Shown here one piece after another: positions 12,412 to 21,229 of a DNA stretch of 64,000 bases. The stretch is taken from assembly GCA_965215365.1 (NCBI GenBank), contig CBDCDS010000003.1:1120001-1184000 (forward strand), written 5' to 3'. Source of the DNA: Gammaproteobacteria bacterium (lineage in GTDB: Bacteria; Pseudomonadota; Gammaproteobacteria; Eutrophobiales; Eutrophobiaceae). Position 1 is the stretch's first letter, and each line of letters starts with the position of its first letter. Made by a program: the position numbers and the translations under genes. The notes under the pieces were generated by a model. The model had not been told where the DNA came from. It saw only the letters and a list, made by a program, of their open reading frames with translations, and searched no databases.

Positions 12412-12796
12412 AATGCAGATAAGCCCCTTCTCCCAGCGGCGCGTCCATGCCTAATATTTCAATATCAGGCCCGGTAGTCTGCTGATCGTTACTACCAGGT
12501 CGCATTTTTTCCCAGGATAAATGTGCTTCCCAGTGGTAGTCTTCGGTGCGAGAGACTTGCAGGGTTACTTCCCAGGCCTGCTCAGGCCAATCATCCTGCG
12601 CGTCATGGCGGCGGATCACGCTGCCCGGTTGGCGCCGGTCCAGTTCCTGCGCCAGCGCGTCGCACAGGTTGGCGATGATCATGATACGGGTTTTCGGGCC
12701 ACCCTGGCATGAGAGCAACAGCGGCGTCGCGTGCGCCCCGGCACCGAACACGAACGTCCCAATAACAAGAGCGGTGGTCAGATATATGCAGCGCAT
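12338..12796 (-). CDS. Hypothetical exported protein
   Basis: 152-aa ORF with signal-peptide-like N-terminus ending AHA; no family recognised. Confidence 0.55.
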   Translation of the reverse strand: MRCIYLTTALVIGTFVFGAGAHATPLLLSCQGGPKTRIMIIANLCDALAQELDRRQPGSVIRRHDAQDDWPEQAWEVTLQVSRTEDYHWEAHLSWEKMRPGSNDQQTTGPDIEILGMDAPLGEGAYLHFIRSLLTVSEPAFLAPHKDATLSF

Positions 12797-12911
12797 GGAA
12801 ATCGACAGGTCAGGGGGTGCAATGCGCCAAGCATACTACGGCCCGGCAATGAAGCCAACAGCGTTTTGCTGTAACATGCAGTCATAAGGCGCTTGGACAG
12901 CGCGCCGTTAG

Positions 12912-13150
12912 CCCGCAGATCTCACCGGGTGATGCGAAGATCGCGCCGGATTGGTTCTGCCTGCGGGTGCCTGCGCCCGAAACCATAGCGGTAGCTATGG
13001 TTGAGGAAGCACGTGCCCGCAGGCAGAACCAAGACCAGCGAGGGCGCATCAAGCGCAGTGGGTTATGTGGAAAGAGTAGCAGTATTACCATAACTTATTG
13101 AGAAAAATCATGTTTCACAAGGTAACAAGCGACTTGGTGAGATATGCGGG
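12912..13150 (+). mobile_element. 239-bp MITE, full copy
   Basis: Terminal IRs CCCGCAGATCTCACC / GGTGAGATATGCGGG, TTAG duplicated on both sides, long internal hairpin. Confidence 0.88.
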
Positions 13151-13256
13151 TTAGGGATAAGAGAACCGCATCCGGCCCGGCCGCTGTCTTCGGGCGCGCC
13201 GGCACAGGTTGGCGCTGCAACAACGGCCGGTTTTTGACGACAAGGAGTGGTCGGCA

Positions 13257-14561
13257 ATGAATGTCGCCATGGTCGGGGCAGGTTATGTGGGGCTGGTTTC
13301 CGGTGCCTGTTTTGCCGAATTTGGCGCCAACGTGACCTGTATTGACCATGATCGGGAGAAGATCGACAAGCTCCGGGAAGGCGTTGTTCCCATCTATGAG
13401 CCTGGCCTGACAGACCTGATAAGCAAAAATCTGGAGCAGGGCAGAATGACGTTCAAGGCCGGCTATGACACCGCGGTCGGCGCCTGTGACCTGATGTTTA
13501 TCGCGGTGGGTACGCCCTCCCGCCGCGGTGATGGCCATGCTGATCTGAAATACGTATATCAGGCGGCGCGGGAGCTGGCGCCCTGGCTGCGCGGCTACAC
13601 GGTGATAGTAGATAAATCCACGGTGCCGGTCGGCACTGCCCGTAACGTCAAACGTATCATTAAGGAAGAAAATCCTGAAGCCGGTTTTGACGTGGCCTCC
13701 AATCCTGAGTTCCTGCGCCAGGGGTCGGCCCTGTCCTGTTTTATGCGACCGGACCGGGTAGTTATCGGCGTGGAGACGGCGCGCGCGGAACAACTGCTGC
13801 GCGAATTGTACCGGCCGCTCAACCTCATTGAAACACCCATGGTAGTAACCGGCCTAGAAAGCGCCGAACTCATCAAGTACGCGGCGAATGCGTTTCTGGC
13901 CACAAAAATCAGTTTTATCAATGAGATGTCGGCCCTGTGTGAAGCAGTGGGCGCGGATGTGCAGGCGCTGGCCAAGGGGATGGGCCTGGACGGGCGCATC
14001 GGCAGGAAGTTCCTGCGCCCGGGCCCCGGTTATGGCGGCTCCTGTTTCCCCAAGGATACTCGAGCGCTGGCGCTAATCGCGCAGGAAAATAACGTGAGCA
14101 GCCGCATCGTAGAGGCGGTGATGGAAGTCAACGAGGCACAGAAGGCGCGTATGATCAACAAGATCCGCACTGCCCTGGGCGGCAACGAAAACAGCAAGAC
14201 CCTGGCGGTGCTGGGTCTGGCCTTCAAGCCGGAAACCGATGACATGCGCGACGCCCCGGCCCTGTCCATCCTGCCCAAGTTGATCGAAAACGGGGCTACC
14301 ATCCATGCGCACGACCCCCAAGCCATGCCCGAAGCCAAGCGCCTGCTGCCTGACTCAGTATTGTATTTCGACGATATCCACGCCGCCCTGTCCGGGGCCG
14401 ACGCAGTGGTGTTGCTGACGGAGTGGAACGCCTACCGTGACCTGGATCTGACCCGCGTCAGGGCGCTCATGCGCGGCAATGTGTTCCTGGACCTGCGCAA
14501 CATGTACGAGCCGGATACGGCGCGCGCCGCCGGGTTTGAATATTATTGTGTGGGGCGCTAG
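13257..14561 (+). CDS. ugd: UDP-glucose/GDP-mannose 6-dehydrogenase
   Basis: GAGYVGL, AVGTP, KSTVPVG, SNPEFLR, PGPGYGGSCFPKD; ATG at 13257 after AAGGAG. Confidence 0.9.
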   Translation: MNVAMVGAGYVGLVSGACFAEFGANVTCIDHDREKIDKLREGVVPIYEPGLTDLISKNLEQGRMTFKAGYDTAVGACDLMFIAVGTPSRRGDGHADLKYVYQAARELAPWLRGYTVIVDKSTVPVGTARNVKRIIKEENPEAGFDVASNPEFLRQGSALSCFMRPDRVVIGVETARAEQLLRELYRPLNLIETPMVVTGLESAELIKYAANAFLATKISFINEMSALCEAVGADVQALAKGMGLDGRIGRKFLRPGPGYGGSCFPKDTRALALIAQENNVSSRIVEAVMEVNEAQKARMINKIRTALGGNENSKTLAVLGLAFKPETDDMRDAPALSILPKLIENGATIHAHDPQAMPEAKRLLPDSVLYFDDIHAALSGADAVVLLTEWNAYRDLDLTRVRALMRGNVFLDLRNMYEPDTARAAGFEYYCVGR

Positions 14562-14585
14562 CGCGTTCGGCTATGGCAAAATAAA

Positions 14586-14690
14586 ATGAGTATGAAAAAA
14601 CAAGCAGCGCCACGGGTAGCCGTTATCGGTTGTGGTTACTGGGGCAGGATATACTGGAACAGCACACTCGTCAGGGGACGGACGGCGTAA
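14586..14690 (+). pseudogene. N-terminal remnant of a Gfo/Idh/MocA (WbpB/WlbA-type) oxidoreductase
   Basis: MSMKKQAAPRVAVIGCGYWG followed by unrelated residues and a stop after 34 codons. Confidence 0.7.
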
Positions 14691-14707
14691 AAGTGGAGAC
14701 CCAACAA

Positions 14708-15274
14708 ATGACGGACTGTTTTATCCATGAAACGGCGGTGGTTGATAGTCATTGCCGGATTGGCAGGGGCACAAAAATCTGGCACTTCAGTCATATCCTG
14801 GCCAACTCCAGCATCGGGGAAGATTGCATACTGGGACAGAACGTCATGGCCGGGCCGGATGTCAGCATCGGCAATCGCTGCAAGATACAGAATAACGTCA
14901 GTATCTATAAGGACGTTACCTTGGAAGACGGCGTATTTTGCGGGCCTTCCTGCGTATTTACGAACGTGAATAATCCCCGTGCGGAACTGGAAAAGAAGGA
15001 CCAGTTTGCTCCGACCCTGGTCAGACAGGGCGCGACCATCGGCGCCAATGCGACCATCCTGTGCGGCATCGAGCTGGGGCGGTACTGTTTCATCGCAGCT
15101 GGCGCCGTGGTGACCAAAGACGTAAAGCCGTTCGCGCTGATGGTGGGCTCACCGGCAAGACAAGTCGGCTGGGTGGGGCATTACGGCGAGCGGTTAAGTG
15201 AAGATCTGGTGTGCCCGACAACGGGACAACGGTATCGCCTGGACCGCAACGGCGTGCTGACAGAAGATGACTGA
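14708..15274 (+). CDS. WbpD/WlbB-type hexapeptide-repeat sugar N-acetyltransferase
   Basis: IHETAVVD, TKIWHFSHI, LGQNV, KIQNNVSIY, CGPSCVFTNVNNPR. Confidence 0.88.
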   Translation: MTDCFIHETAVVDSHCRIGRGTKIWHFSHILANSSIGEDCILGQNVMAGPDVSIGNRCKIQNNVSIYKDVTLEDGVFCGPSCVFTNVNNPRAELEKKDQFAPTLVRQGATIGANATILCGIELGRYCFIAAGAVVTKDVKPFALMVGSPARQVGWVGHYGERLSEDLVCPTTGQRYRLDRNGVLTEDD

Positions 15275-15276
15275 CG

Positions 15277-15443
15277 TTGACAGGACAACCCCTGGAATTT
15301 ATCGACCTGAAGACGCAACAGGCGCGCCTGGGTGACAGGGTTCCGCGGGCAATCCAACGGGTGCTGGACCATGGTCGCTACATCATGGGCCCGGAAGTGC
15401 AGGAAATGGAGGCACAACTTGCCCGCTTCAGCGGCGGCCAATA
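15277..15443 (+). pseudogene. Truncated DegT/WbpE-type aminotransferase (first ~55 codons)
   Basis: FIDLKTQQ...VLDHGRYIMGPEVQEMEAQLARFSG; homology ends at the hairpin element at 15448. Confidence 0.8.
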
Positions 15444-15447
15444 TTCA

Positions 15448-15475
15448 GGTCACCTCTCACAAACACGAGGTGACC
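15448..15475. repeat. 28-bp hairpin element flanked by TTCA direct repeats
   Basis: One difference from 2731-2758. Confidence 0.8.
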
Positions 15476-15476
15476 T

Positions 15477-15851
15477 TCAGTACCTTAAATCCTCTGCGGC
15501 GACATTGAGCGCGCGGGCGATAGCAGCCAGGGTTTTTGTGGCAACGCAACGTCTGCCGGTTTCAATCTGTGACAGATAAACTGAATGAACCCGTACCAGG
15601 CTGGCAAGCTGCTGCTGTGTCATACCGCGAAACTTGCGGTACACCTTGAGTGGGCAGTTGCCGGCCAGAAGACTGTCTGCCACTGCAATGGGAAAAGCTT
15701 CATCAATACTGGATTTGGCTTCGTTGTACAGGTCTTCATCGGTGGGTGGTTGCACCGCACTGCCCATTCTCAGGCAATGATATACCCGCCAGGGAATCAC
15801 TGCGAACATCGGGCTGCCTGTACTGTCACGAATAATTTGCGGTTCTGTCAT
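15477..15851 (-). CDS. XRE-HTH antitoxin (HigA-like)
   Basis: PMFAVIPW N-terminus; PLKVYRKFRGMTQQQLA...YLSQIETG HTH; coupled to the upstream toxin. Confidence 0.8.
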   Translation of the reverse strand: MTEPQIIRDSTGSPMFAVIPWRVYHCLRMGSAVQPPTDEDLYNEAKSSIDEAFPIAVADSLLAGNCPLKVYRKFRGMTQQQLASLVRVHSVYLSQIETGRRCVATKTLAAIARALNVAAEDLRY

Positions 15852-16123
15852 GCCGGCTGGCCCTGTTTGCGCACATCTGCCCGCGCGCCGATGTGCAGAA
15901 CCTCGATCCGGCGAGCCTCGTCATCCCGGTCCAAAATTATCCGGTGGTCTTCGCTGAGCAGCTTGAAGCCCCGATTGCCGGGTAACGGCTTAAGCGCCAG
16001 ATCCCGCCGGTCAGGGTCTTCCGCCAGCCGCTCCAGCAACTGGCGTATGTGCTTCGCATACCTTGCCGGCATATCCAGTAATGCCTGCACGGCTCGTTTC
16101 CTTATGGTCAACTGATAAGTCAT
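15848..16123 (-). CDS. RelE/ParE family toxin
   Basis: YQLTIRKRAVQALLDMP...LKPLPG...HRII...IEVLHIGARADV; some typical catalytic-region residues look degenerate. Confidence 0.78.
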   Translation of the reverse strand: MTYQLTIRKRAVQALLDMPARYAKHIRQLLERLAEDPDRRDLALKPLPGNRGFKLLSEDHRIILDRDDEARRIEVLHIGARADVRKQGQPA

Positions 16124-16168
16124 ATTCCGTAGATACATTGGTTTGCTCTGTGGACTCCACAGGTTTAA

Positions 16169-16406
16169 CCCGCAGATCTCACCCAGTCGCTTGTTGCTTT
16201 GTGCAACATGATGGCTCTCAATAAGTTATGATCATACTGCTGCTCTTTCCACCTAACCTACTGCGCTTGATGCGCCCTCGCTGGTCTTGGTTCTGCCTGC
16301 AGGCACGTGCTTCCTCAACCAGAGAACCACTATGGTTTCGGTCGCAGGCACCCGCAGGCAGAACCAATCCGGCGCGATCTTCGCATCACCCGGTGAGATA
16401 TGCGGG
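16169..16406 (-). mobile_element. 238-bp MITE, full copy, inverted relative to 12912-13150
   Basis: Same terminal IRs; TTAA duplicated on both sides. Confidence 0.88.
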
Positions 16407-16441
16407 TTAAGTACCTGCAGCATTACCTAGGCAGGGTGGAT

Positions 16442-16496
16442 TGAAAAGCAAAAGATCATCAAAAATGTGGGAAAAGTCACATTTTTGTGAAAAAAG
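16442..16496. promoter_or_regulatory. Orphan copy of the CRP-like palindrome block found in the Uma2 array
   Basis: TGAAAAGCAAAAGATCATCAAAAATGTGGGAAAAGTCACATTTTTGTGAAAAAAG matches 25442-25496. Confidence 0.65.
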
Positions 16497-16514
16497 TTGA
16501 GCGAGGAGGTAGTT

Positions 16515-16529
16515 GGTGAGATATGCGGG
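16515..16529 (+). repeat. Isolated MITE terminal repeat
   Basis: GGTGAGATATGCGGG followed by CTAA. Confidence 0.75.
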
Positions 16530-16578
16530 CTAAACCGGCGAAGTCGGGAGCAAAACGAATTGAGGCTGCGCTTAGGTC

Positions 16579-16968
16579 TCAGCGAATACAACGTATATCA
16601 ACGCCCGGGAGGTTCAGTTGCTCCCAGGCCTTGTCAGCAGTAAGGACCGGGAGGCATGCAATGTATGCCGATGCAAGACAGGCGCGATCACCCAGCCCTA
16701 ATCCCAAGGATTGAGTTGCGACGCGATAGCGGCCGCTCAACAACGCAATATCGATATCAAACGGCAATATCCGAATGCCCAACTCCCTGAATACAAGCGA
16801 GACTTCCTCATCTCCCCAACCCTCCTGATGCAGGCGCGCGGCAACCTCTGCGGCATTGACGGCAGACATCGCCGCGCTGGAACGTAAGGCATCAACAACC
16901 ACATCGGCGCCTGTTTCTTCCAATATCGCCGCCAGCACGGCGGAGGCATCAAGAAGTGTTCCCGCCAT
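16579..16968 (-). CDS. vapC: VapC PIN-domain toxin
   Basis: LLDASAVLA, SAVNAAEV, LGLGDRACLA, VLTAD. Confidence 0.9.
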   Translation of the reverse strand: MAGTLLDASAVLAAILEETGADVVVDALRSSAAMSAVNAAEVAARLHQEGWGDEEVSLVFRELGIRILPFDIDIALLSGRYRVATQSLGLGLGDRACLASAYIACLPVLTADKAWEQLNLPGVDIRCIR

Positions 16969-16970
16969 TT

Positions 16971-17261
16971 TCAGTCTTGCGCCGCTTCAGCCCGGCGTGC
17001 GGCGATAAATTTATCAACGATGCTGCCGCTACGTTTGCGCTTGCGCCTTGCTATTTGTCTGATTCTCTTCAATCCGGCATCAATAGTCCGAAGCCTGATA
17101 CAGTCATCCTCAAGCGTGACGGTCAGGTCCTGCTCTTCCCGAATGTTCAAGGCCTTTCTCATCCCGGCAGGCACTACCACCCGTCCTGCCCGGTCGATAT
17201 GGACACATTGTGAGAATGCGCGCCCGGATAAGGCGGCGGCAATTTCAAATTTATCAGTCAT
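16971..17261 (-). CDS. AbrB/MazE/SpoVT family antitoxin
   Basis: IDRAGRVVVPAGMRKALNI; immediately upstream of vapC. Confidence 0.85.
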   Translation of the reverse strand: MTDKFEIAAALSGRAFSQCVHIDRAGRVVVPAGMRKALNIREEQDLTVTLEDDCIRLRTIDAGLKRIRQIARRKRKRSGSIVDKFIAARRAEAAQD

Positions 17262-17465
17262 GGTTTTTTTATATGTGCTTGAGCAACACTAAGGCTCCTT
17301 CCAAAAATTAGAGGTCGCTACTGTGGTATAATAACATTCAGTACCATAATTTCAATACGTGCCATAACATGAAGGCGCCTTGCAGGAAATCGGAGAGATG
17401 AAAAAGCTCACAGGTCGTATTCAGCGTCGGGCGCATACCGGCGGCGCTTGGGTCAGGACGAGGTG

Positions 17466-17495
17466 GGCAACAAGCGACTTGGTGAGATATGCGGG
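17466..17495 (+). repeat. MITE right-end fragment
   Basis: GGCAACAAGCGACTTGGTGAGATATGCGGG. Confidence 0.75.
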
Positions 17496-17541
17496 CTGGA
17501 GTTCAAGGAGCGGGAGCCATTTTTATTTTAGAATTAATCAG

Positions 17542-19437
17542 TTATCCTGATAGTCCGTGAAGTTTCTGCCAACGGGCAAAACAGATCCAGCGCCATATTT
17601 GTTGTGAGGAAAGCGCGCGTTGTCCGGACATTAAAATATCGAATTTACTAACCACGCGGGTATTGTCGATCCAAGACAAGTTCAAATCCTGGGACAACCA
17701 ACGTTTTATCTTTTCCGCATGTGGTTTCAACCAGTCATATTCCGGGGCCTCAAAACCAATTTTGTCCTTTCTCTCTAGGATTGCGTCAGGGACAATCCCG
17801 CGCATTGCCGCGCGTAATACGGACTTTGTCTCACCTTTATCGGAGACAAGGTGGGATTCGGGCAAACTCATTACGAAGTGTGCGAGTTCCGTTGTGAGAA
17901 AAGGTGTGCGTGTCTCAATTGAAAATGCCATGGAGTTACGATCGACGTGACGCAACAACAATGGCAATCCACGCCTCGTAGCGACATGTCGCTGGTATGC
18001 CGCTAAGCGTCTGCCTCGTGCATCATCAGCCGCAGCTATTCTGTTGTGAGGAACAGTTACTCCGAGATCATCTAACTTTTTGGCATCTACCCAGTCCGGG
18101 TATAACGGGTGGCCTCCAAGTCGTCTTACGAATGCATTCACACGTCCGGTCGTCATTTCGTCCACTGCTCGTTTCAGCTCCGTCATCCGGTTCCTGTCCG
18201 GCCACCTGGACCAATTTGAGAGAAAACGCACAGCCCGAATTAACTTGCCTGTTTCTAACAGTGAATGCAAGCGCGGCACCGGATAACCCATATATCCTGC
18301 AAGCATTTCGTCTGCTCCCTGTCCGTCAAGTATTACCTTGATGCCCGCAGAACGGATTGCGCGGCATACCCCGTACTGTGCATAGAGGCTGGTGCTGCCG
18401 AAGGGTTCACCCTGGCTGAGAATCAGCTGGTCAAGGTCAGCGATTAAATCATCAGGAGACAATATTATCTTATGGGGAATAGCACTGATGTGATGATTGA
18501 TTATGTTTACCCAGGGCTCTTCGGATTTTCCGCTTTCAGGCGCTATGAAACTGAAAGTATGTATGTCCATGTCAGGTTCAAGTGTGCGCATTGCACATAC
18601 GATTGACGATGAGTCCAGTCCTCCAGAGAGCATAGCCGCCAATGGAACGTCACTCCGCAGGTGTAGTCGAACCGATTTCAGGAAAATCTCTCGAAACTTC
18701 TCCGCGGTCTGCTGAAAGCTGACTCCTGAATTTTCGCTGATATCGAAATGATTCCATGGTGCTGGCGTTGCTGCCCGGCCACTAGCAAGATCGTAACGCA
18801 AAGTATGGCCGGGTAGCAGTTGATTGATGCCGGTAAAAAATGTTTCTTCATTCCTGTCGTAATATTCACGTACAAGATATTCATAGGCGCGTTGGTGATT
18901 GATTTCGGCAGGGGTGTTTTGGAGAGCGAGTACCGCGCGTATCTCCGATGCAAACAGTAGCGTTCCATTTTGAGAACTGTAAAAAAGAGGCTTGATGCCG
19001 AAAGCGTCTCGACACAGCATAACGTACGCTTCAACCCTGTCCCATATCACGAAAGCGAACATGCCGGTCAGCCGGGACAGGCAATCGACACCCCATTCGG
19101 CCCAGGCCTCTATAAGTACTTCTGTATCAGATGAGGTGCTGAAGTGATGTCCCAGTTCACTCAGTTCATTGCGTAACTCAAGATAGTTGTAGATCTCACC
19201 ATTATATGAAATTACATATCGGTTATCTGAGCTGACGAAGGGCTGTCTTGCCGCGACAGACAGGTCTATAATGGAAAGGCGTTTATGTCCCAATGCAATA
19301 AGGGAACCGGCATGTTCTTCAATCAGGGTTCCTCCGTCATCTGGACCACGATGCCCCAAAGCTTCCCCTGCAACTTCCAGGCGTTGCTCAGGCCTGTTCC
19401 GGTCTGAGGGAAAAACCCCACCGAAAACACCGCACAT
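17542..19437 (-). CDS. asnB: Asparagine synthase (glutamine-hydrolysing) family amidotransferase, polysaccharide-associated
   Basis: MCG start, HRGPD, RLSIID, NGEIYNY, SDTEV, LSGGLDSS, DGQGADE. Confidence 0.9.
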   Translation of the reverse strand: MCGVFGGVFPSDRNRPEQRLEVAGEALGHRGPDDGGTLIEEHAGSLIALGHKRLSIIDLSVAARQPFVSSDNRYVISYNGEIYNYLELRNELSELGHHFSTSSDTEVLIEAWAEWGVDCLSRLTGMFAFVIWDRVEAYVMLCRDAFGIKPLFYSSQNGTLLFASEIRAVLALQNTPAEINHQRAYEYLVREYYDRNEETFFTGINQLLPGHTLRYDLASGRAATPAPWNHFDISENSGVSFQQTAEKFREIFLKSVRLHLRSDVPLAAMLSGGLDSSSIVCAMRTLEPDMDIHTFSFIAPESGKSEEPWVNIINHHISAIPHKIILSPDDLIADLDQLILSQGEPFGSTSLYAQYGVCRAIRSAGIKVILDGQGADEMLAGYMGYPVPRLHSLLETGKLIRAVRFLSNWSRWPDRNRMTELKRAVDEMTTGRVNAFVRRLGGHPLYPDWVDAKKLDDLGVTVPHNRIAAADDARGRRLAAYQRHVATRRGLPLLLRHVDRNSMAFSIETRTPFLTTELAHFVMSLPESHLVSDKGETKSVLRAAMRGIVPDAILERKDKIGFEAPEYDWLKPHAEKIKRWLSQDLNLSWIDNTRVVSKFDILMSGQRALSSQQIWRWICFARWQKLHGLSG

Positions 19438-19438
19438 T

Positions 19439-20581
19439 CTATATTTCCACTTGATCTGTAAGCAATTTTTTATAAAGTCCAACTAATTTTTCTTCTTCAG
19501 TTTTCCAGTTATAGGATGTTTCCGTTGCCTCCCGGCCGCGTTGGCCCATAAGTTCTGCTTCGTCAGGATTATCCAGAATCCACTGTATGGCTTCGGCAAT
19601 AGCCGATGGGTCAAGGGGGTCGACCAATAGCCCACACCTGGCTTTGTCAACAATGCTTCGCCAGACAGGAAAGTTCGACGCGACGACAGGCAGGCCGACA
19701 GACATGTACTCGAATATTTTTGTAGGGTAGGCATTAAGGTAATTAGGTATCGGATGCAATACTACCAATCCAGCTCGAACGCTGTTCAGTATTTCAGATA
19801 CGCGGCCTCGATTTGCCCAGCCCGTGTATTCAACCCGTTGCCAACCAGCCTGTGCTTCCATTTCTGCCCTTAAACTGACCGGTTGAAACTTTCCGGCAAG
19901 TTGCAGACGGACATCTTTGCTGCTACTGTATTTCATGGCTTCAACCATTTCTCGGATACCTCGGGCTTGTTCAATTGCGCCGACATACGCAAAGTGTGGT
20001 GGTCGTTGTTTATATACATGAGTCCCAGGCCGAACGAGTTCATCAAGTATGGGAAAATTCTGTACCAGGACAGTTTTTCGAACTGGAAAACGCGCAGCAA
20101 TATGAGGTACTGCCGGGACAATAGCATGAAAGCTCTGGCCTGCCAGCCATTCGATAGCTGACATGGCCCAGGATATAGGATGTCGGATAACCGACGGTAG
20201 CCAGAATTTAGTCAGGATATCGCGGGGTACATCCTCATGTGCATCATAAACCACTTTAAGGCCGCAAATTTTGAAAACAAACCCCAACGGGATCAGTTCA
20301 GGGTCATGAAAATGCACGATCTCTGGTTTCAACGCAAAAACTGCTCGACCCATACGCCAAACTCCCAGCACCATTCTTGCCAATCTACCAACAGGAGGTG
20401 AACCTATATCGATTATCTTTATCATGTTGCCTGTTTCGACACTATCTCCCTTTCCGTCCTGGACGAATAAAGCAACCGGTTCTTTAAAGTGATTCGCAAG
20501 TGACCCCACTTGTTTTATTCTAATTCTTCCATCAACGCGTGGATGAACGGTAGTTAAATGGGCAATTCTCACTTTTTTCAT
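19439..20581 (-). CDS. Glycosyltransferase family 4
   Basis: HFHDPEL, YDAHED, PTKIFEYMSVGLPVVAS. Confidence 0.88.
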   Translation of the reverse strand: MKKVRIAHLTTVHPRVDGRIRIKQVGSLANHFKEPVALFVQDGKGDSVETGNMIKIIDIGSPPVGRLARMVLGVWRMGRAVFALKPEIVHFHDPELIPLGFVFKICGLKVVYDAHEDVPRDILTKFWLPSVIRHPISWAMSAIEWLAGQSFHAIVPAVPHIAARFPVRKTVLVQNFPILDELVRPGTHVYKQRPPHFAYVGAIEQARGIREMVEAMKYSSSKDVRLQLAGKFQPVSLRAEMEAQAGWQRVEYTGWANRGRVSEILNSVRAGLVVLHPIPNYLNAYPTKIFEYMSVGLPVVASNFPVWRSIVDKARCGLLVDPLDPSAIAEAIQWILDNPDEAELMGQRGREATETSYNWKTEEEKLVGLYKKLLTDQVEI

Positions 20582-20760
20582 ACTGATGTTCCCAGCCGGA
20601 CGTAACCAAAAAAGCCCGCAGCAAAGGGTGGAATAAGACCCATGGCCAGAAACTGGTGGTAGAACAGAAAGCCGGAGAAAAGTGAGAAGAAACTGATGAG
20701 CGCAATGAGTTGTGAACTTTTCAGCCCGGTCCCGGAAATTTGCGGGAAGCCGGTTAACAT
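20578..20760 (-). pseudogene. Short hydrophobic ORF, possible remnant of an O-antigen polymerase N-terminus
   Basis: FFSLFSGFLFYHQFLAMGLIPPFAAGFFG; ends abruptly, overlapping the GT start. Confidence 0.35.
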
Positions 20761-20872
20761 ATCAAGGCACTCATAAAGGACTACAGAATTCCGGTTTAAC
20801 GGACAACACTCATCCGTAGATGTTGGTTCTCCTGATGATTAATGGCTATGGCTGGAGTATAAGGTCGGCATG

Positions 20873-21040
20873 TCAGGCCGCCTCCTGTTGTTTGCTGCGC
20901 CCCCTGGTAAACCCCTCAAATAACCCTTCCAGCTTCGCCATGTGTTCACGAAGATCGACGATTGCCTTATGAATAAACATGGCAAGGCCACCGGCAGAAG
21001 CGATTATGGTAACTATCACAATAATAGTATCATGGTTCAT
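20873..21040 (-). CDS. 55-aa small membrane/coiled-coil protein
   Basis: MNHDTIIVIVTIIASAGGLAMFIHKAIVDLREHMAKLEGLFEGFTRGRSKQQEAA with RBS AGGGGAG; below the ORF-track cutoff. Confidence 0.65.
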   Translation of the reverse strand: MNHDTIIVIVTIIASAGGLAMFIHKAIVDLREHMAKLEGLFEGFTRGRSKQQEAA

Positions 21041-21139
21041 GACAACTCCCCTGTAATTTTGTTACTGACGGCTATGGAATAATGAAGCGCATTGCGGCGC
21101 ATTATACAATATTGTTCGGACGGAGGCACAACATGTTTA

Positions 21140-21166
21140 GGCCACCTCTAATTAATAGAGGTGACC
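21140..21166. repeat. 27-bp hairpin element flanked by TTA
   Basis: GGCCACCTCTA-ATTAA-TAGAGGTGACC. Confidence 0.7.
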
Positions 21167-21229
21167 TTACATCGGTTCGGAGTATTTCCCGCTTTCAACT
21201 GGGGCAATGGAGTACTGGCAGGACATTCA

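Noticed and set aside
12882-13091. Paralogous small ORFs MVILLLFP... (also 16228-16410)
   Set aside because: They lie inside MITE copies and diverge in frame after ~31 codons.
12912-16406. Composite transposon or past inversion between the inverted MITEs
   Set aside because: Each copy has its own matched duplication (TTAG vs TTAA), indicating independent insertions.
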